Shown here piece by piece: positions 10,349 to 20,657 of a stretch of DNA of 64,000 bases. Source of the DNA: Flavobacteriales bacterium (lineage in GTDB: Bacteria; Bacteroidota; Bacteroidia; Flavobacteriales; ECT2AJA-044); contig CBFHRK010000001.1 of NCBI GenBank assembly GCA_965658225.1, forward strand, positions 2,335 through 66,334, read 5' to 3'. Position 1 is the first letter of the stretch; every line of letters starts with the position of its first letter. Below the pieces are notes generated by a model, which saw nothing but the letters and a program-made list of their open reading frames with translations, was not told where the DNA came from and ran no database searches. A program made the position numbers and the translations under genes.

Positions 10349-11410
10349 TTAAACCACCTTCAAAAAGGAAACAGTGTTCACCCCATCCGCATACTCCCAC
10401 AGCTCGGGACGCTGAGAATCGCCCGGTGCTACGCGCATTGGCCACGATTCGTTTCTGCTTACGATGCATTGCAGCTGATCTTTATCGGCTAAAAGTCGAC
10501 TTCTCAATTTTTCGCGATCTGAATACTCCTCATAAAAAACCGTACTCACGGGAGCTTTTAACTTCTCGTCTTTCTTGAGCAGCATAAAGCCGTTTTCGAG
10601 CACTTCGTCCCGATTCATTACAAAAATGGCCCGGTGGTAATCGTAGTTGTTCGCATATTTATGGTGCTCGATAATATCTTTAAAAGGGTAAACAGCTCCA
10701 AAAAACCGATCCAAATTGAATCCTTCCGGGAGGAAGATTTTAGAGACATTACGACAGCCCATACCAAAGTATCGAAGCATATCTTGGCCAATGAGCGCCA
10801 ATTCTTCTTCTGTTTCTTCTCCGTCGAGGATAGCTACGGAAGATCTGTTTTTTCTAATCAATGACGGTTTATCGCGGAAGTAGTATTCGAAATAGCGCGC
10901 TGTATTTCCAGATCCGGTGGCAATAACAGCATCGACCTCGCCTAATCGCTCTTCGGTAAATGAGAATCGGCCCGAAAATTTAGGCTCAATTTCTTCGAGC
11001 AAACGCCCTACAACGGGTAACAAATGATTGTCATCGCTGCTCAATTTAGCACGAAGTATATATCCGGCCGCTAGGACGGAAAGCATATCGTGAAAACCTA
11101 CCAGCGGAATATTCCCGGCCATAATTACGCCGACCTTGCGGTCCGATAACTCCTCCGGCATATTTTCAAGATCGAACCATTTATTCACGGCATCGGACCG
11201 AAGAGCTTGCGCCCAGGCGCCAATGGCATACCTCACATTGCTCGGAGTAAACCACGCGTTCTTTTCAAATTGATTGTCAATGAGCGCATGGAAAGCCTCA
11301 AAATAGGTGTCATTTAAGGCGTGTTCGGAACGGTTTCCATTTGGTCCGAACTGACCGAGAAAAGAACCGAGCGAAATAAGTGCCGATTTACGAGCTTCGA
11401 TTGGGAACAT
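10349..11410 (-). CDS. Acyl-CoA reductase (LuxC-like)
   Basis: VGVIMAGNIPLVGFHD, VIATGSGNTARYFEYYF and YFGMGCRNVSK. Start moved to the ATG at 11410. Confidence 0.93.
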   Translation of the reverse strand: MFPIEARKSALISLGSFLGQFGPNGNRSEHALNDTYFEAFHALIDNQFEKNAWFTPSNVRYAIGAWAQALRSDAVNKWFDLENMPEELSDRKVGVIMAGNIPLVGFHDMLSVLAAGYILRAKLSSDDNHLLPVVGRLLEEIEPKFSGRFSFTEERLGEVDAVIATGSGNTARYFEYYFRDKPSLIRKNRSSVAILDGEETEEELALIGQDMLRYFGMGCRNVSKIFLPEGFNLDRFFGAVYPFKDIIEHHKYANNYDYHRAIFVMNRDEVLENGFMLLKKDEKLKAPVSTVFYEEYSDREKLRSRLLADKDQLQCIVSRNESWPMRVAPGDSQRPELWEYADGVNTVSFLKVV

Positions 11411-11427
11411 TGACCGTGATTTGTTGT

Positions 11428-11448
11428 TATATTTGCCGTGCAAAGGTA
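11428..11448. promoter_or_regulatory. Pair of overlapping divergent -7 promoter elements
   Basis: TATATTTG on plus (11428-11435) towards the ferredoxin and TACCTTTG on minus (11448-11441) towards the acyl-CoA reductase. Confidence 0.55.
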
Positions 11449-11478
11449 CAAGGTTAAACCTAAAAAAGAAGTTCTGAG

Positions 11479-11826
11479 ATGGCTATAAAGATTACAGATG
11501 AATGCATTAATTGTGGCGCATGCGAACCAGAATGCCCGAATAACGCAATTTATGAAGGTGGTGAAGAGTGGCGTTTTGCGGACGGAACAAGCCTGACGGG
11601 CACGGTAACTTCGAAAACGGGAATTACAGCGGATGCCGGAGAAGCACAAGAACCTGTAGACTATGATGTTTATTACATCGTAACTGATAAATGCACGGAG
11701 TGTCAAGGTTTCCATGAAGAACCACAATGCGCGGCCGTTTGCCCAGTAGATTGCTGCGTACCGGATGAAGCACATGTAGAAACAGAAGCCGAATTGCTAG
11801 AAAAAAAGGATTTCTTGCACTTATAA
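11479..11826 (+). CDS. 2x[4Fe-4S] dicluster ferredoxin
   Basis: [11 protein letters not shown] and [22 protein letters not shown] motifs. Confidence 0.97.
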   Translation: MAIKITDECINCGACEPECPNNAIYEGGEEWRFADGTSLTGTVTSKTGITADAGEAQEPVDYDVYYIVTDKCTECQGFHEEPQCAAVCPVDCCVPDEAHVETEAELLEKKDFLHL

Positions 11827-11844
11827 GAAAATAGACTTAACAAG

Positions 11845-11874
11845 AAGCCGTTCCCCTTGGAGCGGCTTTTTTAT
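11845..11874 (+). terminator. Intrinsic terminator after the ferredoxin
   Basis: AAGCCGTTCC-CCTT-GGAGCGGCTT stem followed by a T-run. Confidence 0.8.
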
Positions 11875-11899
11875 TTTTGGCGAATCTTGTTTTAACTCT

Positions 11900-12745
11900 A
11901 TGAAAAAAACAATCCTCATTTTCTTTTTGATCTTATCAACAACAACGGCATGGTCGCAAGACAATAGCTACGGCGAAGAAAAAACCACCATGGACCGCTG
12001 GGAAGATGAGCTCGGCATGATGGGGCAAGTAGTATTGAACGGGCGAACAGACTCCATTAAACGAGTGCAAAATGAATACATGCGCGCTGGCTTTCGGGAA
12101 ATGCTAAAGCAAAAAGAGAGTTTTCGTCACTCTTTCGATCGACTTCGGACGGTTTCGAAACTAATGGCCCCTGATGAGAAATTCCGGATTTATACATGGA
12201 CACTTCCACTTGAAAATGGTCAACACGAATTCTATGGGTTCATTCAAATCCCCGAGGAAGACGAATTTAGAGTAGTTGAGCTAAACGATTCGTACCTAAC
12301 AATGGAAAATCCTCAATTTAGTTTGGGCTCTGCCGACGAGTGGTATGGAGCATTGTATTACGAGATTAGAAAAGAAAGCTACAAAGGCGACGATTACTAC
12401 ACCCTACTCGGGTGGAATGGTAAAGACCGATTCTCGAATCAAAAACTCATTGAAATTGTACATTTTGACATCGCAGACCGACCGCGTTTCGGAAAAGCTA
12501 TTATTCACGTGGATTCAAAGCCGAGAACGCGCTTCATTTTAGAATACGCCGAAGACGCGGGAATGAGTTTGCGATGGGATAAAGGACTCAAAATGTATGT
12601 CTTTGATCATCTAGTGCCGCGCGATGGCGCTCAGCCCGGTATGTACGCTTTTTACGTGCCCGATTTCTCATACGACGGTCTGAAATTTGAAAAGGGCATA
12701 TTTCAATTGAAAGAGAATATTGAAGCTAAAAACGGACGGAATTAG
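11900..12745 (+). CDS. Conserved secreted hypothetical protein (Bacteroidota)
   Basis: Signal peptide, WYGALYY, YYTLLGWNG and FYVPDFSYDG motifs. No function recognised. Confidence 0.75.
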   Translation: MKKTILIFFLILSTTTAWSQDNSYGEEKTTMDRWEDELGMMGQVVLNGRTDSIKRVQNEYMRAGFREMLKQKESFRHSFDRLRTVSKLMAPDEKFRIYTWTLPLENGQHEFYGFIQIPEEDEFRVVELNDSYLTMENPQFSLGSADEWYGALYYEIRKESYKGDDYYTLLGWNGKDRFSNQKLIEIVHFDIADRPRFGKAIIHVDSKPRTRFILEYAEDAGMSLRWDKGLKMYVFDHLVPRDGAQPGMYAFYVPDFSYDGLKFEKGIFQLKENIEAKNGRN

Positions 12746-12852
12746 CGATCCATATAGTCCAATGGGGCAGTGTGGCGATATTGGGCTGCATCGGTCGTTG
12801 AAAACGCTTAAAAAGTAATCTTCTCATAATCGTTCTCACTTTTAATAATTCC

Positions 12853-12860
12853 TACTTTTG
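12853..12860 (+). promoter_or_regulatory. -7 promoter element for serC
   Basis: TACTTTTG about 20 nt upstream of the ATG at 12881. Confidence 0.6.
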
Positions 12861-12880
12861 GGACGGAAAAACTCCTTATT

Positions 12881-13951
12881 ATGAAGAAACACAATTATAG
12901 CGCAGGACCTTGTATTTTACCCGAAACCGTATTTGAACAATCGGCTGAGGCAATTCGCAATTTCGAGGGCATGGGACTTTCTCTCCTTGAGATATCGCAC
13001 CGTTCAAAAGAATTTGTTGCCGTTATGGAAGAGGCTCGAGCCCTTTCAAAAGAGCTCTTAGGGCTTGGCGACGATTACGAAGCTTTGTTTCTTCAAGGAG
13101 GCGCTAGCTTAGAGTTCCTCATGGTGCCTTACAACCTAATGAAAGAGGGCGGAAAAGCAGCCTACATGGACACGGGTACATGGGCCAATAAAGCTATCAA
13201 AGAAGCTAAGCACCTCGGCGAAGTGGATGTCGTCGCCAGCTCAAAAGACGCAAATTACAATTACGTACCTACTGATTTTGAGGTTCCAAGCGATATCGAT
13301 TATTTCCATTGCACTTCGAACAACACCATTTTTGGAACTTCCATGAAATCGTTCCCTGATGTTGCTGCACCCTTAGTTTGTGACATGTCCTCGGATATTT
13401 TTAGTCGGGTGCTCGACTTCAAAAAATTTGACCTGATTTACGCCGGAGCGCAAAAAAATATGGGTCCCGCCGGAACCACTCTAGTGCTTGTAAAAAAAGA
13501 CATCCTCGGAAAAACAGGACGCTCTATTCCATCAATGCTCGACTATTCATTGCATATCAGCAAAGATAGCATGTACAATACACCGGCTGTTTTTCCGGTT
13601 TTTGCATCGCTCCTTACACTGCGCCATTTAAAGGAGAATGGCGGGATTGCGGCGGCCGAGAAAAAGAATCAAGCCAAAGCCGATTTACTTTACGCAGAGA
13701 TCGATCGCAACCCGCTTTTCGAAGGTACGGTGCAGCTTGGGAGTCGCTCTAACATGAATGCGTGCTTCTTATTAAAAGACGAGGCCCTAGCTCCTACTTT
13801 TGACGCGCTTTGGAATGAGGCTAGAATCAATGGATTAAAAGGGCATCGGTCCGTAGGAGGATATCGCGCCTCTATGTACAATGCTTTGCCGCTTTCAAGT
13901 GTGCAAGTATTGGTTGATGTAATGAAGAATTTAGAACAGAAACACGGATAA
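12881..13951 (+). CDS. serC: Phosphoserine aminotransferase
   Basis: HNYSAGP, LFLQGGAS, DMSSDI, YAGAQKNMGPAG (PLP Lys) and GHRSVGGYRAS. Confidence 0.99.
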   Translation: MKKHNYSAGPCILPETVFEQSAEAIRNFEGMGLSLLEISHRSKEFVAVMEEARALSKELLGLGDDYEALFLQGGASLEFLMVPYNLMKEGGKAAYMDTGTWANKAIKEAKHLGEVDVVASSKDANYNYVPTDFEVPSDIDYFHCTSNNTIFGTSMKSFPDVAAPLVCDMSSDIFSRVLDFKKFDLIYAGAQKNMGPAGTTLVLVKKDILGKTGRSIPSMLDYSLHISKDSMYNTPAVFPVFASLLTLRHLKENGGIAAAEKKNQAKADLLYAEIDRNPLFEGTVQLGSRSNMNACFLLKDEALAPTFDALWNEARINGLKGHRSVGGYRASMYNALPLSSVQVLVDVMKNLEQKHG

Positions 13952-13954
13952 AAC

Positions 13955-14914
13955 ATGAAGATCTTAGCAAATGACGGCTTCGCAGCGAACGGAGTTTCCC
14001 TATTGGAAGTAGCAGGTCACGAAGTATTATTAAACAAAGTAGCACAAGAGCAACTAGCAGATTTCATTAATGAGAATGGCGTTGAAGTTCTTCTTGTACG
14101 CTCAGCAACGAAGGTGCGGAAAGACCTTATTGATGCTTGCCCGGAATTGAAGTTTATTGGTCGCGGAGGCGTTGGAATGGACAACATCGATGTGGCCTAT
14201 GCACGCGAGCAAGGGCGACGCGTTCAAAACACACCGGCCGCTTCAAGCGAATCGGTGGCTGAACTGGTATTTGCTCATTTATACGGAGGTGTGCGCTTCT
14301 TGTATCACAGTAATCGCGAAATGCCCTTAGAAGGAGAGTCCAATTTTGGGGCCTTGAAAAAGGCCTACGCGGGTGGTCGTGAATTAAGAGGAAAAACCCT
14401 CGGGGTTCTTGGTTTTGGCCGCATTGGTCAGGCAACAGCCAAAATCGCCCTTGGAGTTGGAATGAACGTGGTTTACCACGATCCCTTCTTGGAGAAGGCG
14501 AATCTAACCCTTCCCTTTTTCGACGGCCGTTCACTCGATTTTGAATTCGAATCCATTTCGAAAGAGGAATTATTGGCTCAATCTGATTTCATCACGCTTC
14601 ACATGCCGGCGCAAAGCGATGGGAATTATGTGATTGGTGAAAAAGAAATGGCAAATATGAAAAAAGGTGCTGCCATTGTAAACGCTGCACGCGGTGGTGT
14701 AGTGAGCGAAGTTGCTTTATTGAAAGCGCTCGACGACGAGCATTTATCTTTTGCAGCTCTGGATGTTTTTGAAACAGAGCCTACTCCGCCCGTTCAAGTG
14801 CTCATGCATCCGAAATTGAGCTTGAGCCCCCATATTGGTGCCGCGACGGAAGAAGCTCAAGATCGAATTGCCTCGGAAATGGCGAACTACATTATTGAAT
14901 TTGCGAAAGGATAA
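13955..14914 (+). CDS. serA: D-3-phosphoglycerate dehydrogenase (no ACT domain)
   Basis: GRGGVGMDNID, GFGRIG, VNAARGG and SPHIGAAT. Directly downstream of serC. Confidence 0.93.
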   Translation: MKILANDGFAANGVSLLEVAGHEVLLNKVAQEQLADFINENGVEVLLVRSATKVRKDLIDACPELKFIGRGGVGMDNIDVAYAREQGRRVQNTPAASSESVAELVFAHLYGGVRFLYHSNREMPLEGESNFGALKKAYAGGRELRGKTLGVLGFGRIGQATAKIALGVGMNVVYHDPFLEKANLTLPFFDGRSLDFEFESISKEELLAQSDFITLHMPAQSDGNYVIGEKEMANMKKGAAIVNAARGGVVSEVALLKALDDEHLSFAALDVFETEPTPPVQVLMHPKLSLSPHIGAATEEAQDRIASEMANYIIEFAKG

Positions 14915-14954
14915 TTCCAAATGAATTTGAATTGTTAAGTTTCAAAACGCACAC

Positions 14955-14992
14955 AAAGAAAAGCCCGAACATTCCCGTTTGGGCTTTTCTTT
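14955..14992. terminator. Bidirectional-type intrinsic terminator after serA
   Basis: AAAGAAAAGCCCGAAC-ATTCCC-GTTTGGGCTTTTCTTT inverted repeat. Confidence 0.8.
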
Positions 14993-15041
14993 TGCCCTAC
15001 CTTTTCTTTTATCTTCGCTTCACTAACACAAGAAGAATACA

Positions 15042-16277
15042 TTGGCGAAAATTATTCCATTTCGGGCGCTTCGGCCTCCGCGCGACGTTGTTCATTTGGT
15101 GGCTTCCAGAAGTTACGTGAGCTATACAAAGGAATCGCTCCGCGATAAATTGGAGAACAACCCTTATACTTTTCTCCACATCATTAATCCGGATTGGGAT
15201 TCGGAGGAACTTTCGGGAACCGAAAAATTCAAAGCGGTCAAATCCGCTTTCGAATCGTTCCGAGAGGAAGGAATTTTCATAGAGGAAAAACAACCTGCTT
15301 TTTATTTATACGAGCAGGTGGCACATGGCGAACACTTCATTGGCTGGATTGCCGGTGCTGCCGTTTCTGATTACGAAAACGGTGTCATTAAAAAACACGA
15401 AGACACGCTCTCCTCTCGGGAATCCATGTTCAAGGAGTATCTTGAGGTTACGGATTTCAATGCGGAGCCGGTACTTCTCGCCTATCCTGATCAAACGGGA
15501 CTCGATGATTTAATGGACAAATACAGAGTTCAACGACCGGAATACGAATACTATACTACAGATAAGCATTTGCATCGTTTGTGGTTGGTTTTCGATGAAA
15601 TGGACATCGAAAAAATCCAACAGTATTTCGAAAACATGTCGGCTGTTTATATTGCCGATGGGCATCACCGGTCTGCGTCTTCCGCTCTTCTCGCCGAAGA
15701 GCTTGCTGGTCGGAATGCGAACCCATCTATTGAATCACAGCATTTCTTAGCCTTTTTCATTCCAGAAAGCCGCCTTCATATTTGGGATTACAATCGATTA
15801 GTCAAAGACCTGAACGGATTAACTGCCGAGGCATTCATTGATGCTTTAAAAGTCTCTTTTTCGGTTAAGCGCCTAGCGGCGCGAGAAAACCCGAAGCCAC
15901 AAAAGAAGCACGATCTGGCTCTTTACCTTGATGGGTCTTGGTATCAGCTCACCTATGATGCCTCTTCTATTGACCCCACCGATCCTGTTTCCGATTTAGA
16001 CGTTCATATTCTAACTCAGAAAGTACTGGCTCCAATTCTGGGCATTCAAGATTTGCGTACGGACAATCGAATCGATTTCATGGACGGTCGCAAAGAACTT
16101 GAAGGTCTACGCGCCAAAGTAGATTCAGGGGCGTTTAAAGCGGCTTTCGCGCTTTATCCGGTTTCAGTGAACCAATTGAAACGGGTTTCCGATGCTGGAA
16201 AAACAATGCCGCCAAAGAGCACCTATATTGAACCTAAACTAAGAAGCGGTTTAACTGTTTACCCCATAAACGGATAA
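15042..16277 (+). CDS. DUF1015 family protein
   Basis: IIPFRALRP, IKKHEDTL, YIADGHHR and MPPKSTYIEPKLRSGL. Has a TTG start and is commonly linked to serC/serA. Confidence 0.92.
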   Translation: MAKIIPFRALRPPRDVVHLVASRSYVSYTKESLRDKLENNPYTFLHIINPDWDSEELSGTEKFKAVKSAFESFREEGIFIEEKQPAFYLYEQVAHGEHFIGWIAGAAVSDYENGVIKKHEDTLSSRESMFKEYLEVTDFNAEPVLLAYPDQTGLDDLMDKYRVQRPEYEYYTTDKHLHRLWLVFDEMDIEKIQQYFENMSAVYIADGHHRSASSALLAEELAGRNANPSIESQHFLAFFIPESRLHIWDYNRLVKDLNGLTAEAFIDALKVSFSVKRLAARENPKPQKKHDLALYLDGSWYQLTYDASSIDPTDPVSDLDVHILTQKVLAPILGIQDLRTDNRIDFMDGRKELEGLRAKVDSGAFKAAFALYPVSVNQLKRVSDAGKTMPPKSTYIEPKLRSGLTVYPING

Positions 16278-16291
16278 GCCCTGCAAAAACG

Positions 16292-16948
16292 ATGAGTTCG
16301 ATTACTGAAAAATTATTGCGTATTAAAGCGGAGCTTCCAAAGCACGTTACGCTTATTGCGGTAAGTAAAACCAAGCCAAACGAGGCCATTGAGGAAGCTT
16401 ACGGAACAGGGCACCGCGAATTTGGGGAGAATAAAGTACAAGAAATTCAGAGTAAAGTGCCTGCTTTACCCGAAGATATCCACTGGCATTTTATTGGGCA
16501 TTTACAGCGGAATAAAGTAAAATACATTGCCCCCAGCGTGCATTTGATTCACGGGGTCGACAGTTTACGACTGGCGATAGAAATTAGTAAAAGAGCAGAA
16601 CAAAACGCGCGTGTAATCGATGTCCTTTTACAAGTTCACATTGCCGAAGAGAGCACGAAATTTGGATTCGATTTCGATGAGCTATACGCCTTGGTGGAGT
16701 CTAAAGAACTCGAATCGTTATCGGGTATAAATATTCGAGGCCTCATGGGCATGGCCACCTTTACCGAGAATAAGGATCAAGTTCGGCGCGAATTTCAAAA
16801 ACTCAAAGCGGGTTTCGATAAAATAAAAACTTCCTTCTCGAATTGCGATACGCTCTCAATGGGAATGAGCAATGATTATAAAATCGCAATTGAAGAAGGA
16901 AGCACTATGGTGCGCATTGGCACCGATATTTTTGGAGGTCGCTTTTAG
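16292..16948 (+). CDS. yggS: PLP homeostasis protein YggS/PROSC
   Basis: LIAVSKTKP, FGENKVQE, WHFIGHLQRNK and LSMGMSNDY...GSTMVRIG. Confidence 0.97.
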   Translation: MSSITEKLLRIKAELPKHVTLIAVSKTKPNEAIEEAYGTGHREFGENKVQEIQSKVPALPEDIHWHFIGHLQRNKVKYIAPSVHLIHGVDSLRLAIEISKRAEQNARVIDVLLQVHIAEESTKFGFDFDELYALVESKELESLSGINIRGLMGMATFTENKDQVRREFQKLKAGFDKIKTSFSNCDTLSMGMSNDYKIAIEEGSTMVRIGTDIFGGRF

Positions 16949-17571
16949 AAGCGGTAACCCAAGGAAAGAATCAATTGACTGGTTCGGCTATCAACATCGA
17001 ATTGTCGGCCTGCAAAGGTCATGGTACTCGTTTGGCTATTGAAACCATCCTCGTATTTCAAGTCGATTAGTAGCTTCCATACGTCAAAGCCGATTCCGGC
17101 CTGATAGCCCCAGAAAGTACCATCTTGAAAGTTGATATCGATACCCTCGCTTTCGTTGGTAATTACACGACTAGCTACCGGACCGGCATTCATACGTAAC
17201 GGTCCAAGCTTGAGTCCGAGCATAATCGGAAAGTCGAGACGAGTGTACGCAATTCGCGCATTATCTGTACCGGTGGGTACTCCGTTTTCGTACTCGTCTA
17301 TTAAAACTTCTGTATTGAGCTTGGTGAATAAAGCTTCTGGTTGAATGTAAAGTCCCAATAGCTTGAAGCGGGTATAGAGTCCTAAATGGTAACCGTAGTC
17401 ATCAGCGCCACTCGTTATTTTTTGTTCTAGGTCGTTATCCCATTCTAGTAATTCATCAGCGGTAACATCGGCTCGGTTGATTCCGGCGCGCAAGCCCATT
17501 TGAAATACCTGTGCATATCCGCCCAAACTAAAGGCTAAAAGCACAACTAAGGTTACTATTTTCTTCTGCAT
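16945..17571 (-). CDS. Outer-membrane beta-barrel (PorT/OmpA-like porin family)
   Basis: Signal peptide from MQKKIV, alternating beta-strands and C-terminal LSLGYRF. Start moved to the ATG at 17571. Confidence 0.8.
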   Translation of the reverse strand: MQKKIVTLVVLLAFSLGGYAQVFQMGLRAGINRADVTADELLEWDNDLEQKITSGADDYGYHLGLYTRFKLLGLYIQPEALFTKLNTEVLIDEYENGVPTGTDNARIAYTRLDFPIMLGLKLGPLRMNAGPVASRVITNESEGIDINFQDGTFWGYQAGIGFDVWKLLIDLKYEDGFNSQTSTMTFAGRQFDVDSRTSQLILSLGYRF

Positions 17572-17590
17572 GACTTCTTGTTTAGCGTTT

Positions 17591-18538
17591 CTATTTCGCC
17601 AAGAACTCCAGAATGTTTTTTTCAACGCGCTCGGCAATTTTTTCAGTATTTGCCTTTTCAAAAGTCTCTCCGGTAATTTGCTCGTACAATTCAATGTATC
17701 GCTCGCTTACCGAAGCTACATACTCGTTGGTCATTTCTGGAACTACCTGACCTTCTTTGCCCTGGAAGCCTCCTGCAATAAGCCATTGTCGAACGAATTC
17801 TTTCGACAATTGCTTTTGTTTTTCTCCACGCGCCTGACGTTCTTCATACCCATCGGCGTAAAAATACCGACTCGAATCTGGAGTGTGGATTTCATCGATT
17901 AGAACAATGGTACCGTCGTCTAATTTTCCGAATTCATACTTGGTATCTACCAAGATCAAACCCCGTTCCCGAGCCATTTCTGTACCTCGAGCAAACAACC
18001 GGCGCGTATAGTCTTCCAGCTGCACGTAGTCACTTTCAACAACTATGCCATGTTTCAAAATATCTTCTCTACTAATGTCTTCGTCGTGCCCCTCCTCTGC
18101 TTTCGTAGCTGGCGTGATAATAGGTTCTGGAAAACGATCGTTCTCGATCATGCCGTTAGGCATGGAAACTCCGCAAAGCTCGCGTTTGCCCGCTGCATAC
18201 TCTCGTGCGGCATGCCCCGATAAGTAGCCTCGAATGACCATTTCAATGCGGAATGGATTAGCTTTCCGACCTACCGCAACTTGCGGATCCGGGGCAGCCA
18301 CCAACCAATTCGGCACGATATCTTCTGTGGCTTTCATGAATTTTGCGGCGATCTGATTTAGTACTTGCCCTTTGTAGGGAATCCCCTTTGGAAGTACGAC
18401 ATCGAAGGCTGATATTCGATCACTGGCTACCATTACCAACACGTCGTCATTAATAGTGTACACATCGCGCACCTTTCCTTTATAGAAGTGCGTTTGATTG
18501 GGGAATTCGAAATGGGTTTCGTTTAGCGGCTGTGCCAT
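17591..18538 (-). CDS. purC: SAICAR synthase
   Basis: [26 protein letters not shown] and [10 protein letters not shown]. Confidence 0.99.
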   Translation of the reverse strand: MAQPLNETHFEFPNQTHFYKGKVRDVYTINDDVLVMVASDRISAFDVVLPKGIPYKGQVLNQIAAKFMKATEDIVPNWLVAAPDPQVAVGRKANPFRIEMVIRGYLSGHAAREYAAGKRELCGVSMPNGMIENDRFPEPIITPATKAEEGHDEDISREDILKHGIVVESDYVQLEDYTRRLFARGTEMARERGLILVDTKYEFGKLDDGTIVLIDEIHTPDSSRYFYADGYEERQARGEKQKQLSKEFVRQWLIAGGFQGKEGQVVPEMTNEYVASVSERYIELYEQITGETFEKANTEKIAERVEKNILEFLAK

Positions 18539-18541
18539 GTT

Positions 18542-19510
18542 TTAATCCTTTTTTTCGTGTATATCATAGGCCTTTATTACCCTCTTTACCAACCGGTGGC
18601 GAATTACATCTTTTTCATCTAATTCGAGCACCGAAATACCCTCTACATCATTCAAAATACTCAGCGCTTCCAGTAGGCCCGATCGTTGATTCCGTGGCAA
18701 ATCGATTTGTGAAGCATCGCCCGTAATCACAAATTTCGCCGATTTCCCCATTCGCGTTAAAAACATTTTCATTTGCGAGTGAGTCGTGTTCTGCGCCTCA
18801 TCGAGAATCACAAAGGCGTTGTCAAGCGTGCGACCGCGCATAAAGGCTAGCGGCGCAATTTGAATAATATGGTTTTCGATGTAGTACTGAAGCTTCTCAT
18901 TGGGAATCATATCGCGCAAGGCATCGTAGAGCGGCTGCAAATAGGGGTCAAGCTTTTCTTTTAAATCGCCCGGCAGAAACCCTAAATTTTCTCCGGCCTC
19001 TACGGCCGGACGAGTAAGCACGATTTTACGAACTTCTTTCCTTCGCAGGGCGCGAGCAGCCAACGCCACCGCGGTATAGGTCTTTCCGGTTCCGGCCGGA
19101 CCAACGGCAAAAAGAAGATCGTTCTTGTCGATAAGCTCCACCATTTTACGCTGATTGGCTGTGCGAGCGCGAATCATACGGCCATTAGTTCCATGTAAAA
19201 GCACATCTCCGCCCGATTCCGATAATTCGTTTGCATCCTCAACCATCAATCGCTCAATATGACCTTCCGTAAGCTGATTGTACTTGTTCAAGTGCTCAAG
19301 CATTAGGTTGAATTTCAACTCAAATTGATCTATTAAATCATCGGGGCCAATGGCTGTAATTTGATTTCCACGCGAGATCAATTTGATCTGCGGAAAATAC
19401 GTTTTGATCAATGAAAGCTTTTTGTTTTGAGCCCCTAAAACATCTAGAGGGTCAACGTTCTGAAGAGGGAAAATGCGTTCGCTCAAATTGGTTACTTTTG
19501 GGTCTCGCAA
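18542..19510 (-). CDS. phoH: PhoH-family ATPase
   Basis: GPAGTGKT, RPAVEAGE, APLAFMRGRTL and DEAQN. Exact start uncertain. Confidence 0.96.
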   Translation of the reverse strand: MRDPKVTNLSERIFPLQNVDPLDVLGAQNKKLSLIKTYFPQIKLISRGNQITAIGPDDLIDQFELKFNLMLEHLNKYNQLTEGHIERLMVEDANELSESGGDVLLHGTNGRMIRARTANQRKMVELIDKNDLLFAVGPAGTGKTYTAVALAARALRRKEVRKIVLTRPAVEAGENLGFLPGDLKEKLDPYLQPLYDALRDMIPNEKLQYYIENHIIQIAPLAFMRGRTLDNAFVILDEAQNTTHSQMKMFLTRMGKSAKFVITGDASQIDLPRNQRSGLLEALSILNDVEGISVLELDEKDVIRHRLVKRVIKAYDIHEKKD

Positions 19511-19551
19511 ATTAAGGAACTTTCTCCGATAAAAAGCCGATTTGCACTCCT

Positions 19552-20367
19552 ATGGCAGTCATTACGCTTACCACGGATTACGGAACAAAAGATTACTACG
19601 CAGCAGCGGTGAAAGGTGCTATTTTGACCCAATTACCCGAGGCACAGGTAGTCGATATCACCCATGATATTCAACCTTTTAACCTTTCCGAAGCTGCTTA
19701 TATACTGAGAAATGCCTATCACAACTTTCCGAAAGGCAGCATCCATATTATTGGAATCGATTCTGAATTGACGTCCTCTAAACCGCACCTTGCGGTGGCG
19801 ATTGACGATCATTTTTTCATAGCGGCGGACACTGGAATATTCAATTTGTTGTTTCCGAGCCTTCGCCCAGAGAGCATAATTGAACTGAACATTGCCCAAG
19901 ATTTAGACGGCTACTCGTTCCCGGCCCGCGATGTTTTTGTAAAGGCGGCTTGTCACTTAGCTCGGGGCGGAAAAATATCCTTGTTGGGAAGTCCAAAAAA
20001 GGCTTTTGTAGAAATGAAAGGACTTCAACCGAGCATTTCTTCAGACGGCAAAGAAATTACGGCAGCTGTGCTGTATATCGATAGGTTTGGGAATGTGGTT
20101 ACCAACGTAACGCGATCTATTTTCAAGGACGTGGGCAAAGGTCGATCCTTTACCATTGAATTACCGAGACAGCGGTTTTCAAAAGACCAGTTTAAAATTA
20201 TCCGCAAGCAATACTCAGAAGTGAATGAAGGACAGGCCTTGGCCTTGTTCAATTCAGCGGGTCACCTTGAAATTTCCATCGCAAAAAGCGACCTGCAAAG
20301 TGTTGGTGGCGCCTCCACCCTACTCGGGTTGAATTACGGCGAAAACATTAAAATATCCTTCTCATGA
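19552..20367 (+). CDS. SAM hydrolase/SAM-dependent halogenase family (DUF62)
   Basis: ITLTTDYG, VDITHDIQPF, FPARDVF, YIDRFGN and FNSAGHLEI. Confidence 0.93.
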   Translation: MAVITLTTDYGTKDYYAAAVKGAILTQLPEAQVVDITHDIQPFNLSEAAYILRNAYHNFPKGSIHIIGIDSELTSSKPHLAVAIDDHFFIAADTGIFNLLFPSLRPESIIELNIAQDLDGYSFPARDVFVKAACHLARGGKISLLGSPKKAFVEMKGLQPSISSDGKEITAAVLYIDRFGNVVTNVTRSIFKDVGKGRSFTIELPRQRFSKDQFKIIRKQYSEVNEGQALALFNSAGHLEISIAKSDLQSVGGASTLLGLNYGENIKISFS

Positions 20368-20657
20368 TCATTCGAATTGTTAAAATGACCTTCCGGCCGG
20401 AGGCCGTTACAGACTTTTTACACATCTTTGAAGGGGTTAAAGATCATATTAGAGCCTTTGAAGGGTGCGCGCGACTAGAGCTGCTGCAGCATTTAGACGA
20501 CAGCCACGTGATGTTCACCTATTCTTGGTGGAACACTCCTGAAGACCTTGAAGCTTATCGGCAGTCTGCTCTTTTTTCAGAAACCTGGTTAAAAACAAAA
20601 GCGCTTTTCGGTAGAAAGCCCGAAGCCTGGAGCGTAAATAAAATGGTTGAATTGTAA
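20364..20657 (+). CDS. Antibiotic biosynthesis monooxygenase (ABM)-domain protein
   Basis: MIIRIVKMTFRPE...FTYSWW...YRQSALF ferredoxin-like pattern. ATGA overlap with the upstream gene. Confidence 0.85.
   Translation: MIIRIVKMTFRPEAVTDFLHIFEGVKDHIRAFEGCARLELLQHLDDSHVMFTYSWWNTPEDLEAYRQSALFSETWLKTKALFGRKPEAWSVNKMVEL

Noticed and set aside
18993-19009. CCGGCC-TCTAC-GGCCGG hairpin as a member of the dispersed family
   Set aside because: It encodes the invariant PhoH motif RPAVEAG, has a 5-nt loop and lacks the WTC flank, so protein constraint can explain it.
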